A DNA stretch of 64,000 nt from contig JBHGNT010000014.1 of assembly GCA_043228905.1 (NCBI GenBank), positions 7,626,001 through 7,690,000 of the forward strand. Direction: 5' to 3'. Below are positions 61,201-64,000 of this stretch, piece after piece. Each line of letters starts with the position of its first letter. The stretch's first letter is position 1. Position numbers and translations under genes: made by a program. The DNA comes from Azolla caroliniana (taxonomy: Eukaryota; Plantae; Polypodiophyta). The notes under the pieces were generated by a model. That model was not told where the DNA came from. It did not search any database and was given only the letters and a program-made list of their open reading frames with translations.

Positions 61201-62692
61201 GGCGGCCAAACAAATGGTGGAACATTGGCTCGAAGAAGGGTGAACGCAATACCTTGTGAGTGAAAATTCGAGGTGAAATTGATGGAGCGAGATCGCCAAT
61301 GCATGACTGGATTGTGAGTTTCGAGCCATGATAACTCCAAGATGATAGGATGTCCAGGTGATGTGATGAGGTTAAAAGTGATTTCTTCCTGGCGGGCTCC
61401 TATGTGGAGACCCAAGGGAATTGTTGTATTTGTGTTGGCACCATAAGAGAGTGTTCGACAGTCGATCACTTCAATTGGAATCGGGATGGTTAATTTGTTG
61501 CCTGGAATGTTGTGTTTTCGTGCAAACATGATGTCAATAAAGCACGACGTAGCCCCAGAATCCAACAAAGCTTTTGTCTTCAGAGTGGTAGAGCCAAACT
61601 GAAGAGTGATCAGATTCGTGAAACTTGTTGTCGAGGAAGTCGGTTGATTGGGCCCTTGACATAATTGTCGAGTCTTGCGGTCCAGATGCACAACCCCTAA
61701 TGCAACTAGACATTGGAGTTTTCCTGTTGGCCGAAAATGTCAACCCCATCTACACAATGTGGTGTTTGATGGGGTCCCTTTTTTGGGCAAGAGCGGATCA
61801 AATGGTCAGGGCCGCCACAATAGAGACATAAATTGTTGGCCCGTCGATGTTGTCGTTGCGCATTAGTCAATGGTCGATAGCGAATTTGATCGATCTCCAT
61901 TGGCAAGCTGGAATTTGTGGTGGGAGTTGAAGATGAAGTGGAGGATGACATGGGAGGCGGTGTCGTCAACCATGGTAGGTGACTTCGCGTAGCGGCTGGC
62001 CAAGGTGGATGGATCCGGTGAGGATGTTCCTCTTGCTGGAACTCAAAGAGACGGTTATCGCAATGCATAGCTTAGGAAATAACCTCATTCAAAGATGTGG
62101 GCTCAGGAAAATTAAGTAAAAGATTTTTTATCTCACCTCATAATCCTCGGCGGAATTGATCGAGGAGGGCTTGTCCGTCCCACTCGACATCGCACGCGAG
62201 CTGACGAAATTCGGATGCATAGATTGATGTTGCACGATCGCCTTGTTGTAACGCATATAGTTTGTTGAGTGTGGCTCGTTGTTTGTCGGTCTCCCCAAAA
62301 GTTGCCTCAAATTTGGTAAGAAATGCTTGGAAGTCATTCAAGAGGGGCAAACCAAGCTTGTGCTTGTCCTGTCAGCAACGCGCCGATGAGCCCAACTTCT
62401 CGAAAGTCATCAGAATAGCGTCGGGGCTGAAGAAGAAGAATAAGGCGGATTTGGTTGATGAAACCTCTTAGCCATGACCTTGTTCCATCGAATTTGTCTG
62501 GCAAGCTGACATTGGGTTCTACATCATAAGGGTCAACAATCGGGTGAGGTATAACCGGTGTGGCTGCATGAAGTTCTTGAACAGAGTTTCGCAAGTTCGC
62601 ATTTTCATGTTGGAGTTGTTGCACGACCGCCAAAATTTGCTCAAGATTACTAGATGATTCTGACATGATAGTGTATTGAGAAAGAAGGAAAG

Positions 62693-62703
62693 AAGGAGAT
62701 CAA
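62693..62703 (-). promoter_or_regulatory. Self-priming PBS of gypsy J
   Basis: Minus-strand TTGATCTCCTT is exactly complementary to AAGGAGATCAA at 62810-62820, about 30 nt downstream of the LTR TATA box. Confidence 0.85.
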
Positions 62704-64000
62704 TCTGTCACGGATGAACAATTGGGGGTAAAGAGATGGGGAAGTTGATGAGATAGGGAGATCAAGAAGTTGATGACAATGAGTAAAAATATCTATTCCA
62801 TGTCTGGTGTTGATCTCCTTGATGTTAACAAGGGAGATCAACCCTTTTTATACATGTAGTGATGCATGATAACCATGCTCATGCCAAGTCTTACATACTA
62901 TAATATCAAGCATATACATACTGGGTCTTACATACTGAGTCTTACATTCTAGGTCTTATATACCACTCTTTATACAAAGGTTTGAAGTCTAAAGTTTGTC
63001 TAGGAGAAATATATATACAAGGGCCTAAGGTTCACATTCGAGTTGATGTTCATGACACCGACATCTAGGACTTCACTCGGCCGATTTTATTAAGTCCGGC
63101 TCCAATGATGAGTAAATCATCTACATTTAGCAGGATACAAACTGGACTGTTTGGACTGTTCCGGATGAATAGTGACGAGTCGGAATTTTAGGCCGCAAAC
63201 CCCATCTTACACAGCTGGTACATGATCTTCTCATTCCAAGCTCGGGGGGATTGCTTCAGACAGTAAATCGACTTCTTGAGTTGGCACACTACCGACTTGT
63301 TCATCTCCGATTGGAAACCGGGGGGTTGGATCATATAGACCCATTGTTCAAGGTCACCTTGAAGAAACGCATTCTTCACGTCCATTTGGTGAAGATGCCA
63401 TCCCCTTGCCGCAACAACAACCAGTACCACATGAATTGTCAATCATCTTCGCTACCGGAGCAAAGGTCTCATCGTAGTCAATTCCGTAGGTATGTGCATA
63501 TCCCGTTGCCACTAACTGGGCCTTGTACCGGTTGACCGAACCGTCGGAATTGTACTTCACCTTATATACCCACTTACATTCGATAGGTTTACACTGTCGA
63601 GGAGAGTCAACCAGGTCCCATGTGTTGTTTGCATTAAGTGCCCGCATTTCTTCCTCCATAATAGCACGCCAAATTGCGACTTTTGTTGCTTATGCGTAGC
63701 TCTTCGACTCATGCACTTCTGCCACCTTAGTCATGCATGTATAGTGATGCGTCATGTAGTCATTATACCCGTACCTCTAGACAGGGTTCTTCTGGCTAGT
63801 TGAGCAGCATAACTTGTCATTACCCAATTTGAGGCCCTTCTTGGCCGATTCAGGCTTCCTTTCTGACGATCCGCCTTCTTCCTTTCGGGGGTCATATTCG
63901 CTTCGATCCGACCCTTCACTGCCGGTATCGTATTATGACATCTTCTTCTTCCCCTTCTCTTTGCGTGTGAACCGTCTCCTCGGTTCCTTGCGCGGGGAGA

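Larger units (their letters stand above)
57512..63057 (-). mobile_element. Ty3/gypsy chromovirus J (Tcn1/Tf1-like, self-priming, decayed)
   Basis: LTRs 57512-57901 and 62706-63057; TSD CCGAC (57507-57511 / 63058-63062); gag CLYCGGPDHLIRSC, LLDSGAT, YLDD, INT, chromodomain YLVLWKGY. Confidence 0.96.
55698..64000 (-). mobile_element. Ty1/copia element K (3' part only; runs past the window end; hosts gypsy J)
   Basis: 3' LTR 55698-56057, PPT adjacent, RH/RT motifs 56640-57511 and 63063-64000. Confidence 0.9.

Overview
Eukaryotic, almost certainly land-plant DNA; a fern or other seed-free plant is inferred from the self-priming Tcn1/Tf1-type chromoviruses and the long intronless PLS-class PPR gene. 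About 90% of the window is nested retroelements around one intact host gene (PLS-E PPR, 28274-31585). LTR ends, primer sites and target-site duplications (TSDs) were resolved by eye. The window holds six Ty1/copia elements (A, C, E, G, H, K), three self-priming Ty3/gypsy elements (I, J, L) and one L1/Tx1-like LINE between two (GA)n tracts. It also holds five insertions (three two-LTR copies B, D, F and two solo LTRs) of an unusual pol-less LTR family. This family has TGTCG...CGACA ends, an 18-nt tRNA-Trp primer site, a single gag-like ORF with a repetitive P-x-L-E-T-x-A tail and a conserved hairpin beside a weak PPT. All five target sites have CpG at positions 2-3 (four 4-bp NCGN TSDs, one 6-bp) and all lie inside other retroelements. 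This family is the best candidate for an undescribed system. Other highlights are a scrambled 5' LTR in gypsy I that resembles a trapped self-priming intermediate, outward-facing tRNA-like Pol III boxes in several LTRs, and copia Pol proteins with a long charged extension between duplicated PPTs. Novelty could not be checked against databases.
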